DNA of 64,000 bases from a bacterium. Lineage in GTDB: Bacteria > UBA8248. Shown here piece by piece: positions 9,683 through 19,605 of this stretch (position 1 is the stretch's first letter; each line of letters opens with the position of its first letter). The notes beneath the pieces were generated by a model that made no database searches, was not told the origin of the DNA, and saw only the letters and a program-made list of their open reading frames with translations. The position numbers and the translations under genes are program-made. The stretch spans positions 928,001 to 992,000 of the forward strand of contig OZ241326.1 in assembly GCA_965199855.1 (NCBI GenBank). The letters are read 5' to 3'.

Positions 9683-10726
9683 TCATCCGCACCTGTAGGG
9701 CGGGCCGGCCCTGTCCATCGCCGCGTTGTAGGCGCGCAGAATCTTCACCACGCGCGCGCGGCGGGGGCTCGCGGCGGCGATCTCGTCCCAGAAGCGGCGC
9801 GCCTCGGCCTCGACGCGCGACCACTCCGCGTCGGGAATCGAGGTGAGGGCGAGCTTCTTCCCCTCCACGCGCAGCCGCGCCTCGCCGCCCCAATACCAGC
9901 GCTGGCGGTAGTAGTGCGAGCTGTCCATGCAGAGGCGGAAGAGCTCCTGCAGGTGGGCGGGCAGGGCGCGCCACCGCTCAGCGGAGGCGAAGTAGGAGCC
10001 GCACCACGCCCCCGAGATGCTGTTGGTGAGAAAGTAGCTGGCGGCGTCCGCCCAGCCCACCGCGTAGGCCTCGGTGATGCCCGACCAGGCGATGCCGTCT
10101 ATCCTCCCGCTCCGCGCGGCGTCCGCCGCCTCCCCGGCGGGCAGGCTCACCGGAACGACGCCGAAGCGCGCGAGGAAGCGGCCCGCCGTCGGGAAGGTGA
10201 ACACCCGCAGGCCCTTGAGGTCGTCCAGGCGGCGGATGGGCCGGACGGTGACGAAGTGGCAGGGATCCCACGCCCCCGCGCCCAGCCAGACGACGCCCTC
10301 GACCTCGCCGTAGGCTTCCCGCCAGACGTCGGCGAGGCCCCACTCGTGAAACAGCGCGGGCACGTCCAGGCTGTGGCGGCAGGCGAACGGGAAGTAGCCG
10401 CCGAACACGGCGACGTCCGCCGGCGAGCCGATGGACTCGTCGTCCGACTGCGCCGCGTCCACGGCGCCGCTCCGCATGGCGCGGAACAGCTCGCCCGTCG
10501 GCGCGAGCTGGTCGGCGAGGTAGAGGGCGATCTCCATCTCGCCGTTCGCCGCCCTGTTGAACGCCTCGACGGAGGGCTTGATGACGTGCTCGGCGAGAGC
10601 CTCGCCCGCGTAGGTCTGGAGCCGCCATTTGATCCTCGTCCTGGACTGGACGCGAACCGCGGGGGCGGCCATCGCCGCGGCCCCCGCGGCCGCCGCCGTC
10701 TTCAGAAACCCCCGTCTGCTCGGCAT
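9683..10726 (-). CDS. TRAP substrate-binding protein (DctP family), Tat-exported
   Basis: SRRGFLK Tat motif, KWRLQT, DDLKGLRV. Confidence 0.88.
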   Translation of the reverse strand: MPSRRGFLKTAAAAGAAAMAAPAVRVQSRTRIKWRLQTYAGEALAEHVIKPSVEAFNRAANGEMEIALYLADQLAPTGELFRAMRSGAVDAAQSDDESIGSPADVAVFGGYFPFACRHSLDVPALFHEWGLADVWREAYGEVEGVVWLGAGAWDPCHFVTVRPIRRLDDLKGLRVFTFPTAGRFLARFGVVPVSLPAGEAADAARSGRIDGIAWSGITEAYAVGWADAASYFLTNSISGAWCGSYFASAERWRALPAHLQELFRLCMDSSHYYRQRWYWGGEARLRVEGKKLALTSIPDAEWSRVEAEARRFWDEIAAASPRRARVVKILRAYNAAMDRAGPPYRCG

Positions 10727-10768
10727 CTTCTCCCCTCCTCTCCCGCGGCGCCGTGACGCGCCGCCCCC

Positions 10769-11509
10769 TTACGCCTTGATTCCCTGAATGCCCCAGGCGG
10801 TGTCCTTCGCCGTCACGAAGACGTAGTCCTCATCGCCCAGGATTTCGCCGGAATGGATCGCGTTCGCGGGGACGTGGGCGATGTCGCCCGGCGCTATCGT
10901 CTCCGTCTCGCCCGCGATCGTCATGCGCGCGGCGCCCGAGAGGACGATGACGAACTGCTCGTTGGGATGCGAGTGCGGCTCGGCGCGCCCGCCCGCCGGG
11001 ATGCGCATTTTCCCGAAGATGACGCGCTCGCCCGTCACCCAGACGCCCTCGGTCGGGCTGTAGCCCTCGCCCGCCAGCCCCTTCTCCATCGCCTCCGCGT
11101 CGTGGAAATAGGCGGGGCGGCCGGCGCGCGCGCCTTCTCCCCGGTCGGGAGCGGCGCGCATCTCCGCAGGCGTTCCCTCTATCCCCGCCGCCGCGTCCTT
11201 CGCCACGATGAACTCGTAGTCCGCCTCGCCCAGCACCTCAGCCTCGTGGACGGCGTTCGCCGGCCGGTAGGCGATGTGTCCGGGCGTCAGGACGCGCTCC
11301 TCGCCCTCGACGTTCAGGCGGACGCTTCCGGCGAGGCAGTAGCCGAACTGCTCGTTCGCGTGGGCGTGGGCGCGCGAGCGCGTGCCGGCGGGCATCCGCA
11401 TCTTCCCGAAGATGAGCCGCTCGCCCGTCACCCACGCCCCCGCCGCCGAGCTGTAGGCCGCCCCCGCCAGGCTCTTCTCCATCTCGTCCGTCTTGTAGAA
11501 GCAAGGCAT
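10769..11509 (-). CDS. Bicupin (two cupin_2 domains)
   Basis: Duplicated HxHxNEQ...PANxxH motifs. Confidence 0.88.
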   Translation of the reverse strand: MPCFYKTDEMEKSLAGAAYSSAAGAWVTGERLIFGKMRMPAGTRSRAHAHANEQFGYCLAGSVRLNVEGEERVLTPGHIAYRPANAVHEAEVLGEADYEFIVAKDAAAGIEGTPAEMRAAPDRGEGARAGRPAYFHDAEAMEKGLAGEGYSPTEGVWVTGERVIFGKMRIPAGGRAEPHSHPNEQFVIVLSGAARMTIAGETETIAPGDIAHVPANAIHSGEILGDEDYVFVTAKDTAWGIQGIKA

Positions 11510-11740
11510 CGCGCCTCTCCTTCATTCGTTCGCAGAAGCGGACGCCCCCGCGCGCCCGCGCCGGAAAAGACGGGCAATATCGCCCATCCGCAGGCGGCGG
11601 ACAAGGGGGGCTGCGTTCCGAAAGAACTGTGGCGATAACATACTCGACGCCCGTTAGATATATCAGCGCCAGAACCCTATTAGTATCGGTTTTTCTGGAA
11701 TCGCCCTGTGATGAAGCATACGAATGAGGAGAACGGCGCC

Positions 11741-12031
11741 ATGCCCATGAAGAACCCGCCTCATCCGGGCCTCTCCGTCCGCCATGACTGCCTGGCGCCG
11801 CTGGGTCTGAGCGTGACGGAAGCCGCGCGGAGGCTCGGCGTGAGCCGCAAGCAGCTCTCCAGCCTCGTCAACGGGCGCGCGGGCGTCTCCCCGGAGATGG
11901 CGATTCGCCTCGACAAAGCCTTCGGCGGGGGCGCGGAGACGCGGCATCGCCTGCAAGCGGCCCGGGACATGGCGCGGGCGAGGAAGCGCGCGGACGAGAT
12001 CAAGGTCGAGCGAATTGCGGCGGCGGGGTGA
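11741..12031 (+). CDS. HigA-family antitoxin (no adjacent toxin)
   Basis: MKNPPHPG...[18 protein letters not shown]...SPEMAIRL. Confidence 0.88.
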   Translation: MPMKNPPHPGLSVRHDCLAPLGLSVTEAARRLGVSRKQLSSLVNGRAGVSPEMAIRLDKAFGGGAETRHRLQAARDMARARKRADEIKVERIAAAG

Positions 12032-12092
12032 TCGGGGGGGAGACGCTTTGGTCCTCTTGATTCTATCCAATACATGACAAGGGGAACATGAC

Positions 12093-12779
12093 ATGACGCT
12101 TCACAATATACAAGACGATGACAACACCCTCCGGCTACAAAGGGCGAATAGTTGGGTTGCGCGAAGCGAAAAAATCAAGAACAGAGAGGAGAAATTCATC
12201 TGTCTGTGGATCGCGTTCAACGCGGCCTACGGCGACGAACCGACCGACCGAAACGAAGACGGCCCCGTCGAAACCGAGAAAGAGAAATTCGCGGATTTTT
12301 TGGAAGACATCATAGAGCGCGATGAGCGCAAAGAGGGGAAAATAAGAGAGCTTCTCTGGGAGACATTCCCCGGGCCCATCCGCATCCTTTTGGACAACCA
12401 GTGCGTGTTCAAGCCTTTCTGGCAGTGGGTGCGAGGCGCGATGGAACTCGACAAATGGCAAATGAAATTCAGAGAGCGCAACGACAAGGCGAAAAAAGCT
12501 TTGGGAAACGGGGACGTTCACGGCGTATTCGGGGAAGTATTCATGCGGCTCTATCAACTGCGCAATCAGGTTTTTCACGGGGGCGTGACCTTCGGCAAGG
12601 GGTGGGGCCGCTCTCAACTCGAGGACGGCGTCCGCATCATGGAAAAAATCGTTCCGGTGATTCTGGACATCATGCAGGCCGAAATCAGGAAGAACCCGGA
12701 TACCGAAATCTGGGGGAAGGTCGCCTACCCGAGAGTGGGCGCAGGAGGAGATTTATACCGCGGAAACAAGGAGGAGTAA
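12093..12779 (+). CDS. HEPN-domain protein
   Basis: RANSW, FICLWIAFNAAYG and the RxxxxH motif RNQVFH; lower GC than flanks. Confidence 0.8.
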   Translation: MTLHNIQDDDNTLRLQRANSWVARSEKIKNREEKFICLWIAFNAAYGDEPTDRNEDGPVETEKEKFADFLEDIIERDERKEGKIRELLWETFPGPIRILLDNQCVFKPFWQWVRGAMELDKWQMKFRERNDKAKKALGNGDVHGVFGEVFMRLYQLRNQVFHGGVTFGKGWGRSQLEDGVRIMEKIVPVILDIMQAEIRKNPDTEIWGKVAYPRVGAGGDLYRGNKEE

Positions 12780-12802
12780 TCGGCGGCGCGAAAAGCCGCC
12801 CC

Positions 12803-13156
12803 CTACGGAATGAGGTCGTCCACGGCGACGCCCAGCGCGCGGGCGAGCGCGGCGAGCGTTCGGGTCGAGCCCGCCCGCTTTCCCGTCTCGATTTGGGAAA
12901 GATACACGGGGTGGACGCCGGCCGCCGAGGCCAATTCGCCCTGGGTCATGCCGCGATGGGCGCGGACGGGGTTCTCGCCCGCCAGGAGGCGATCCGCCAG
13001 CTCGACGGGAAAGGACTCGCCCCCCTCCGCCCGCGCGCGATCGTAAAGCGCCTCCGCGTCTCCCTCCTCCCCCGCCAGCCGCTCGTATTCCCGCCAGGGG
13101 ATGACGGCGAAGGCGGGCCGGCCCGCGTCGTCGAGAATAACCTGCGGCTCGCTCAT
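12803..13156 (-). CDS. XRE-family HTH regulator, antitoxin-like
   Basis: FAVIPWREYERL; MTQGELASAAGVHPVYLSQIETGKR. Confidence 0.85.
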   Translation of the reverse strand: MSEPQVILDDAGRPAFAVIPWREYERLAGEEGDAEALYDRARAEGGESFPVELADRLLAGENPVRAHRGMTQGELASAAGVHPVYLSQIETGKRAGSTRTLAALARALGVAVDDLIP

Positions 13157-13198
13157 GGCGTCTCCCGTCCCCTGTAAGCCTGCCCGCCCGCGGGGCGG

Positions 13199-14440
13199 CT
13201 ACTCGATGACGACGTGCTCCCGGCGGGGCTCCCCCAGGTGCGTCATGCCCGTTTCGGTGACGAGGACGGTGTATTCCGCGTGAACCCCGCCCTCGCCGAA
13301 CCTGCCGGAGGGCAGCTCCACCGAGAGCGCGGCGCCCGCCGGAAGGGGGATGTCCGAGTCGGGCGGCAGAAACGGATCGTCGAGTTTGACGGGTTCGCTC
13401 AGCGTGTAGGGCAGCTCGCGCGCCTCGACCCCGATGGTGTGTCCGCAGAAGGCGCCGCCGTAGCGCGGAAGCCCGGACTTCCGCGCCGCGGCGACCGCCG
13501 CGCGGAAAATCGCCGAAGGCTTCACCCCCGCGCGGATCACCCCGAAGGCGGCCTCCAGCCCCGCCTGAATCGCGCGCCACTGCGCCTTGCGCGCCGCGTC
13601 CGGCTCGCCGAAGGAGCCGCAGCAGCCCACGTCCGCGCAGTAGTGGTTCAGCCTCATGCCCGCGTCGAAGAAGAAGCCGTCGCCCGGCCCGAACTTCCGA
13701 TCCGAGGGCGGGAAGATGGAAGCCGAGCGCCTGCCGCCCCCCAGGTGGAACCAGCTCCATTTCCCCTCGCCGGCGGCCACGGCCGCGTAGTAGCGGCGCG
13801 CCACCTCGCGCTCCGTCCGCCCGACGGCCATCTCCTCGTGGAAGGCGGCGACCGCCCGCTCGTTCAGGAGCGCGGCGGCGCGCATCCGCTCGACTTCCTC
13901 CTCCGTCTTCTGAAGGCGAATCAGCCGGAAGAGGCTCGAGCCGTCCAGCAGGGACGCGCCCGGAAGCGCCGCCTCCACGCCCGCGCGCGTGGCCGGGCGG
14001 ATTCCCTCCTGGTCGAGCGCCGCCCGCCCGCGCGAGAGGCCGCGCTCGCGCAGCAGCCCGGCGAGCGCGCCCGCCGCGTTCGCCTCGCGCGGGGCGTCCT
14101 CGGCCACCAGCGCCAGATAGCGGCGCTCCTCCCCGGTCGCGCCCTCCTCGCCGGGGGACACGTCGAGCGCGGAGCGGGGGCCGTAGCCCCGCGCGTCCGC
14201 GATCCACGAGCCCGCCGCCGCGTAGTAGGTCTCGTCCTGCCGGGAGACTATCAGGGCGGGCGGGGAGGAGGGATCGCGGAAGAACGCCGCGAAGGTCTCC
14301 GTCACGGCGTCGCCGTAGGCGTATTGCGCCCAGCCCTGGCAGCCGGAGAGATAGAGGACGTTGTGGCGCGTCGCCGCGATGAGCGCGTCGAGGTCAAACC
14401 TCTCCATGAACTCCAGGGCGCGCTGTCTGTGAAAGAGCAT
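13199..14440 (-). CDS. M24 (Xaa-Pro peptidase/creatinase-like) protein
   Basis: HNVLYLSG, IRLQKTEEE, YCADVG, GHTIG, VE/AE metal-site positions. Confidence 0.85.
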   Translation of the reverse strand: MLFHRQRALEFMERFDLDALIAATRHNVLYLSGCQGWAQYAYGDAVTETFAAFFRDPSSPPALIVSRQDETYYAAAGSWIADARGYGPRSALDVSPGEEGATGEERRYLALVAEDAPREANAAGALAGLLRERGLSRGRAALDQEGIRPATRAGVEAALPGASLLDGSSLFRLIRLQKTEEEVERMRAAALLNERAVAAFHEEMAVGRTEREVARRYYAAVAAGEGKWSWFHLGGGRRSASIFPPSDRKFGPGDGFFFDAGMRLNHYCADVGCCGSFGEPDAARKAQWRAIQAGLEAAFGVIRAGVKPSAIFRAAVAAARKSGLPRYGGAFCGHTIGVEARELPYTLSEPVKLDDPFLPPDSDIPLPAGAALSVELPSGRFGEGGVHAEYTVLVTETGMTHLGEPRREHVVIE

Positions 14441-14448
14441 GGGCGTCC

Positions 14449-17400
14449 TCAGTGGGAAGCTGCCGGGCGGCGGGCGCTCCTGACGCTTCTGATCTGCCGG
14501 ACGAGCGGAACGCCCCCGCAGATCAGGCCCGCCGCCAGCATGACGGCGCTGAAGAAGATGACGAACAGGATGAGCGCGATGAAGCAGACGAACAGGAGAA
14601 TCCGCTCATACCCGTAGAGCCTGTCCAGGAGCCAGCCCTGCGTCCCCGCCGAGAAGGCGATGAAGCCCAGGAGCGTCATGGAGGCGGAAAGGGCGACGCG
14701 AAGGGGGTGCGCGAAGGTGAGCAGCGCCGGGTCGAACATGAACAGGAAGGGCACGATGAAGCCCACGATGGCGAAGCGAAGCGACATCATCGACGTCTTG
14801 AAGTAGGGCGCGCCCGCCAGCTTCGCCCCCACGAGCGAGGCTATCGCCACGGGCGGCGTGATGGCCGAGAGTATCGCGAAGTAGAAGATGAACATGTGGG
14901 CGGCGACGCGATCCCCCTTCGCGGCGACGAACGCCTGGGTCCATTCCGCGCCGTAGACGTGCGTGAGCTCGGGGGCGACGAGCTTGATGAGCACGGGGCC
15001 GCCCAGAATGGCGAGCAGCACGTACGCCGCCGTCGTCGGCATCCCCATGCCCAGGACCGCGCAGCAGACCGCCGTGAGAAGCAGCGCGACGAAGAAGCCG
15101 TCCAGCCCGATGTAATACGCGCACCCGCCGCCCGCCGCCGCGCCGAAGAGGCAGACGTCCTGGGCGAGCGCCTCTATCATGAAGGCGAACTTGTTGCCCA
15201 CGCCCGTGATGGTGAGCACCTGGACGACGACCTCGATGGTCGCCAGCGTCACCGCGAACTCGGCCCCCTGCCTGCCCCCCACCCGCAGGGCGTCGCGGAT
15301 GCTGAGAATCCACTTCGAGGCGCTCTCGGCGGCGCGCGCGCCCGCGCCCGTCTCCCCCGTCCTCCTCGCCCGCTCCAGGTAGGTGAACGGGTTGCAGGCC
15401 ACGGCCAGCGCCTGGCTCGCGCTCGCCCGCGCGTCGCCGCCGCCGGAGGGCTTCGGGGCGAAGGAGAAGATGACCCTCTGGACGAGGAAGGCCAGCCCGA
15501 AGAAGATGAGGCCGTCGTAGATGAACCCGAAGGGGATGAACCATTCGCCGAAGTCGGCGACGGGGGGGGCGAGCGCGTAGATGCCCTTTTGCGCGTAATA
15601 CGCCCCGACCCAGAGCATGGCGAAATACCAGGGAATGGTGGTGGCGGGCTGGGGGCGGCTTCCTCCGAGGAGCGCCCGCGCCCCGAGCAGCACCAGAATG
15701 AGGGCGGCGCCCGCCACGCCGGAGGACCAGCCGAGCGTCCCCCACAGCGCCAGCAGGGTGAGCGGGAAGACGGCGAGCCAGTTGCGCTCCGTCTCCCGCC
15801 AGAATTCGCCCGCCCAGGAGAAGACGCGGATGAAGACGCTCAGCAGGACGAAGCCGGCGGCGCCCAGCGCCAGGGCGGCGCGCGCCGCCCCGCCCCAGGT
15901 CGGCTCTTCATAGACGCCCAGGGGCAGGCCGAGACCCAGCTCGAGAACCGCGAGAAGGGCGAACAGGAAGAACGCGAAGACCCAGAACGTGACCGGCACG
16001 AAAACGAATATCTCGTCGGAGACGGCTTTCTCCCCCCGCCTCAGCGTTCCCAGGAACTCCGCCGCGTTGCGGTAGAACCAGACGCCCACCATGATGAAGA
16101 CCGACATGACGCCGGCGAACACGGGCGTCCGCCCCTCGAAGAGGAAATAGACCAGAAACGCCAGGGGCACGAGATAGAACCACCCGTCCTTCAGCTCCGC
16201 CCTCCAGCTCGGAATCTCGGCGGGGGGCAGGGGCTTGATGTTCAGCGCGCCCGCCGCGAAGTGGATGTTGATGCCCACGATGGTGAAATAGAGGATGGCC
16301 GGGATGGTGGCGTAGCCGATGATCTGGAAGTAGGGCACCTCGATGAGCTCGCTCATGATGAAGGCGCCCGCGCCCATGACGGGCGGCATGATCTGCCCGC
16401 CGCTGCTCGCCGCCGCCTCCGCCGCCCCGGCGATGTGGGGGCTCAGCCCGATGCGCTTCATCAGGGGAATCGTGAAGGTGCCGGTGGTCACGACGTTGCC
16501 GGAGGCGCTGCCCGACACCGTGCCCATGAGCGCGCTCGAGCCCACGGCGGCCAGGCCCGCGCCCGCGCGCATCTTCCCGAAGAGGCCCAGGGCGAAGTTC
16601 ACGAAGAAGCGCCCCGCGCCCGACTCGTGCAGGAACGCCCCCAGAATCAGGAACATGATGATGAAGGTGGCCGAGATGACGACCAGAAAGCCCAGGACGC
16701 CCCCGATGAAGTCCGTCGAGAGCTTCGCCTGAAGCTCGATCCACGTGTGGCCGCCGTGCCCGAAGGGGGGGGCGAACAGGTTGCCCCAGACCCCGTAGGC
16801 GAAGGCGATGACGGCCAGCGTCGGAAGCGGGGGGCCGAAGCAGCGCCGCGTCAGCTCCAGGGCGACGACGAGCATGACGAAGCCCACGCGCGCGTCGCCT
16901 ATCGTGGGCGCCCCGGGGCGATCCACCATGTCCTCGTGGTAGTAGAACAGGTAGAGGCAGGCGGTCGCCACGAAAAAGAGCATCCCGGCGTTCAGCCCGA
17001 TCGTGAACCCCGCGGGAAAGGGGTGGGCCGGATGCGCCTCGAACACCCGCTTGATGCGCTTTTTGGCCCAGAACAGGGGAAACGCGCAGACGAGCGCCGG
17101 CCAGAGGTAGAAGACGCTCCGCGCCTCGTCGCTCTGGGCGGCCCACAGGCCCACCCGCCAGCCGCCCAGAATGAGCGCCGCGAAGAACACCGCGAGGAAG
17201 CCGCCCGCCTTCCTCACGCCCTCGGCGGGCCGGAAGAATATGGCGAAGAGGGTCCACATCGTCGGTATGGCGGAGCACGCGATCAAAAGCCACCAGAAGG
17301 TGGGCTCCTGCGCGCTCTCGGGCAGGGAATCCCAGTAGAGGAAGAGCAGCGGCGCGGGAGCGAAGCCCAGCAGCCAGAGGGCGAGCGCGAGCCAGGACTT

Positions 17401-17784
17401 CTCGACGGCCATCATCGCCAGCCAGATGGCGAAGGGAAGCGCATAGATCCACCAGACGCTCGCGTCGGACCAGCCCTCGCCCATCTCATAGACGAAATAG
17501 TAGAAGATCACGGCGGGAACCAGCGAGACGACGTACAGGACGGGCAGAAGCTTCAGCTTTCGGATCTTGTCCCCGTAAATCTCGGGCATCGCCCCGGCGC
17601 CGCCGATGAGGAGAATGGCGTAGGCCAGGAGCATGTGCATATTGGGGTGCATCTCGCCCGGCAGGGGCCGCAGATAGACCGCCGAGATGTGATACAGGCC
17701 CGAGAGCACGCAGAGCCAGGCGGCGGTGAAAACCAGCGCCCGGACGAGAGGCGCCGACCGGGTGGGGTCCGATTCGGTAGTCAT
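14449..17784 (-). CDS. TRAP 4TM/12TM fused permease, unusually long (1111 aa)
   Basis: GTVSGSASGNVVTTGTFTIPLMK, ASSGGQIMPPVMGAGAF, LGMGMPTTAAY, ITPPVA. Confidence 0.92.
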   Translation of the reverse strand: MTTESDPTRSAPLVRALVFTAAWLCVLSGLYHISAVYLRPLPGEMHPNMHMLLAYAILLIGGAGAMPEIYGDKIRKLKLLPVLYVVSLVPAVIFYYFVYEMGEGWSDASVWWIYALPFAIWLAMMAVEKSWLALALWLLGFAPAPLLFLYWDSLPESAQEPTFWWLLIACSAIPTMWTLFAIFFRPAEGVRKAGGFLAVFFAALILGGWRVGLWAAQSDEARSVFYLWPALVCAFPLFWAKKRIKRVFEAHPAHPFPAGFTIGLNAGMLFFVATACLYLFYYHEDMVDRPGAPTIGDARVGFVMLVVALELTRRCFGPPLPTLAVIAFAYGVWGNLFAPPFGHGGHTWIELQAKLSTDFIGGVLGFLVVISATFIIMFLILGAFLHESGAGRFFVNFALGLFGKMRAGAGLAAVGSSALMGTVSGSASGNVVTTGTFTIPLMKRIGLSPHIAGAAEAAASSGGQIMPPVMGAGAFIMSELIEVPYFQIIGYATIPAILYFTIVGINIHFAAGALNIKPLPPAEIPSWRAELKDGWFYLVPLAFLVYFLFEGRTPVFAGVMSVFIMVGVWFYRNAAEFLGTLRRGEKAVSDEIFVFVPVTFWVFAFFLFALLAVLELGLGLPLGVYEEPTWGGAARAALALGAAGFVLLSVFIRVFSWAGEFWRETERNWLAVFPLTLLALWGTLGWSSGVAGAALILVLLGARALLGGSRPQPATTIPWYFAMLWVGAYYAQKGIYALAPPVADFGEWFIPFGFIYDGLIFFGLAFLVQRVIFSFAPKPSGGGDARASASQALAVACNPFTYLERARRTGETGAGARAAESASKWILSIRDALRVGGRQGAEFAVTLATIEVVVQVLTITGVGNKFAFMIEALAQDVCLFGAAAGGGCAYYIGLDGFFVALLLTAVCCAVLGMGMPTTAAYVLLAILGGPVLIKLVAPELTHVYGAEWTQAFVAAKGDRVAAHMFIFYFAILSAITPPVAIASLVGAKLAGAPYFKTSMMSLRFAIVGFIVPFLFMFDPALLTFAHPLRVALSASMTLLGFIAFSAGTQGWLLDRLYGYERILLFVCFIALILFVIFFSAVMLAAGLICGGVPLVRQIRSVRSARRPAASH

Positions 17785-18059
17785 GCGTTTCCTTTCCTGT
17801 CTTCGCCGGGGCGGCGTCACCGCGGCGAAACGGAAGCCGTTTGGCGTGAACCGCTCCATTCTAGCGGATAGTCCCGCCGCTTCGCCAGCCTCCCGGGGAA
17901 TTTCTCCGCCGGCTTCCGCGCTTGACCGAATTCCCGAGGGTTGCTTTACTCGGGCGGAATCGCTACACTTGAGAATCCTCGAACTTCATTGACGAGATCG
18001 GACATCCCGAACCCGCAGCAGGCGCGAGGTTCACCACTTTGCTCGAAAAGGAGAAGCGA

Positions 18060-19031
18060 ATGAGGAAACGCACACTTCGGCTGATCGCGCTGGCGGCGGG
18101 CCTGGCTCTCGCCCTCGGCGCGGCGCAGACGGCGGAGGCGGCCAAGATCCTTCTGGGAACGTCCCAGCCCGGCGGCGCCACCTTCGAGATCGGAACCGCC
18201 ATCGGCAAGGTCATCACGGACAACTCGGGCGGCAAGATTCAGGTGTCCGCGGCCGTCACGGGCGGCTCCACCGCGAACGTCCGCACCCTCCAGAAGAAGA
18301 ACAAGATGCAGCCCTTCCGCATGGGCATGGCCACGGCGCCCGCCGTCGCTTGGGGGCAGACGGGCAGAAAGCCCTTCAAGAAGCCCCAGGACGTTCTGGC
18401 GCTCGGGGCGCTCTACCCGCTGACGACCGTCTACACCACCTTCAAGACCACGGGCATCAAGAAGTGGTCCGACCTCGGCGGCAAGAGGTTCGTCGTGGGC
18501 GGGCGCGGCGGCTCCATCTACATCGTCACGCAGCTCGCGCTCAAGCACAGCGGCGTCAAGGCGAAGCGCGAGTTCTTCAACAACAACCAGAACTCGGCCG
18601 CCATCAAGGATCAGCGCGTGGACGCGGGCTTCTTCTTCCTGAACGGGGGCGTGCCCGCGCCCGTGTACATGGACCTCGCGCGCACGCTCTCCGGCAAGCT
18701 CCACTTCTTCGGGCCGGACGAGGCGACCATCAAGAAGCTCGCCGAGAACGAGGCGGGCATCGTGCGCGACGTGGTGCGCGCGGGCTCCATTCCCGGCTAC
18801 GGCAAGGACGTCGTCAGCTGGGGGCAGATGTGGTCGATGATGACGAGCAGCAAGATGAGCAGCGGCAACGCCTACGCGATCGTCAAGACGCTGTATGACA
18901 ACCACGAGAAAATCTCGAAATACCACCCCGCCGGAAAGTTCATCACGAAAAAGACCGGCCTTCGCGGCATGAAGAAGCTCAAGATTCATCCGGGCGCGGC
19001 GCGCTACTGGAAGGAATCGGGCATGATGTAG
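18060..19031 (+). CDS. TAXI-family TRAP solute-binding protein
   Basis: GTSQPGG, TGGSTANV, IHPGAARYWKE; signal peptide. Confidence 0.92.
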   Translation: MRKRTLRLIALAAGLALALGAAQTAEAAKILLGTSQPGGATFEIGTAIGKVITDNSGGKIQVSAAVTGGSTANVRTLQKKNKMQPFRMGMATAPAVAWGQTGRKPFKKPQDVLALGALYPLTTVYTTFKTTGIKKWSDLGGKRFVVGGRGGSIYIVTQLALKHSGVKAKREFFNNNQNSAAIKDQRVDAGFFFLNGGVPAPVYMDLARTLSGKLHFFGPDEATIKKLAENEAGIVRDVVRAGSIPGYGKDVVSWGQMWSMMTSSKMSSGNAYAIVKTLYDNHEKISKYHPAGKFITKKTGLRGMKKLKIHPGAARYWKESGMM

Positions 19032-19034
19032 GCT

Positions 19035-19289
19035 TCACCGAAGCGCGAAAGCCCCCCGCCGAGGCGGGGGGCTTTTTGTTTTTTGCTGTCCCGTCGCGCT
19101 CCTCACGCGGGACGGGAGCGATTCGGGCGGCGCCTCCGCCGCGGCATCGCGCCGGGGCGTTTCAGCGGGGTAGTTGTAGAGCGCGACCAGACAGCCGTCG
19201 GTCTCGCTCCGCGTTTGGGCGAGCGCCGTCCCCGCCGCCGCGCAGCCGAGAACGAAAACGGCGAGCCCGAGCGTCCCGAAGCGGCGCAT
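19035..19289 (-). CDS. Possible small secreted protein or gene remnant
   Basis: GGAGG RBS and signal peptide MRRFGTLGLAVFVLGCAAAGTALA; the 3' end runs through the terminator. Confidence 0.35.
   Translation of the reverse strand: MRRFGTLGLAVFVLGCAAAGTALAQTRSETDGCLVALYNYPAETPRRDAAAEAPPESLPSRVRSATGQQKTKSPPPRRGAFALR
19048..19084 (+). terminator. Intrinsic terminator
   Basis: AAAGCCCCCCGCC/GGCGGGGGGCTTT stem followed by a T-run. Confidence 0.85.
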
Positions 19290-19350
19290 CGAAAGCCCTC
19301 CAGTGAAAATTCCGTCAAAACGCGCGCCCGGGAGCATACCACAAGGCGGC

Positions 19351-19465
19351 GGGTCGTTCCCGAACGATCCCAACGGCGAGGGCGGCAATGATTTCATGTT
19401 TTCGTAGGGGCGGTTCGAGAACCGCCCGTTTCGGAGAAGGGTTCGCATCGGCGGCGGGGCGTTCG
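19351..19465. repeat. GTAG-family REP cluster
   Basis: GTAGGGGCGGTTCGAGAACCGCCC at 19404; flank resembles the reverse complement of 33050-33090. Confidence 0.75.
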
Positions 19466-19605
19466 CTACGGGATTTTCCGGTTGAAAAACGCTTTCAATC
19501 CCTATAAACTGTTTCGCATGCCAATAGAACGGCGCGGCTGCCGGCGTATTCATTCGCGCCCTTGCGGTTCATGGCCACGCGGTCTTTTCCGGGAAACGGC
19601 GCTTC

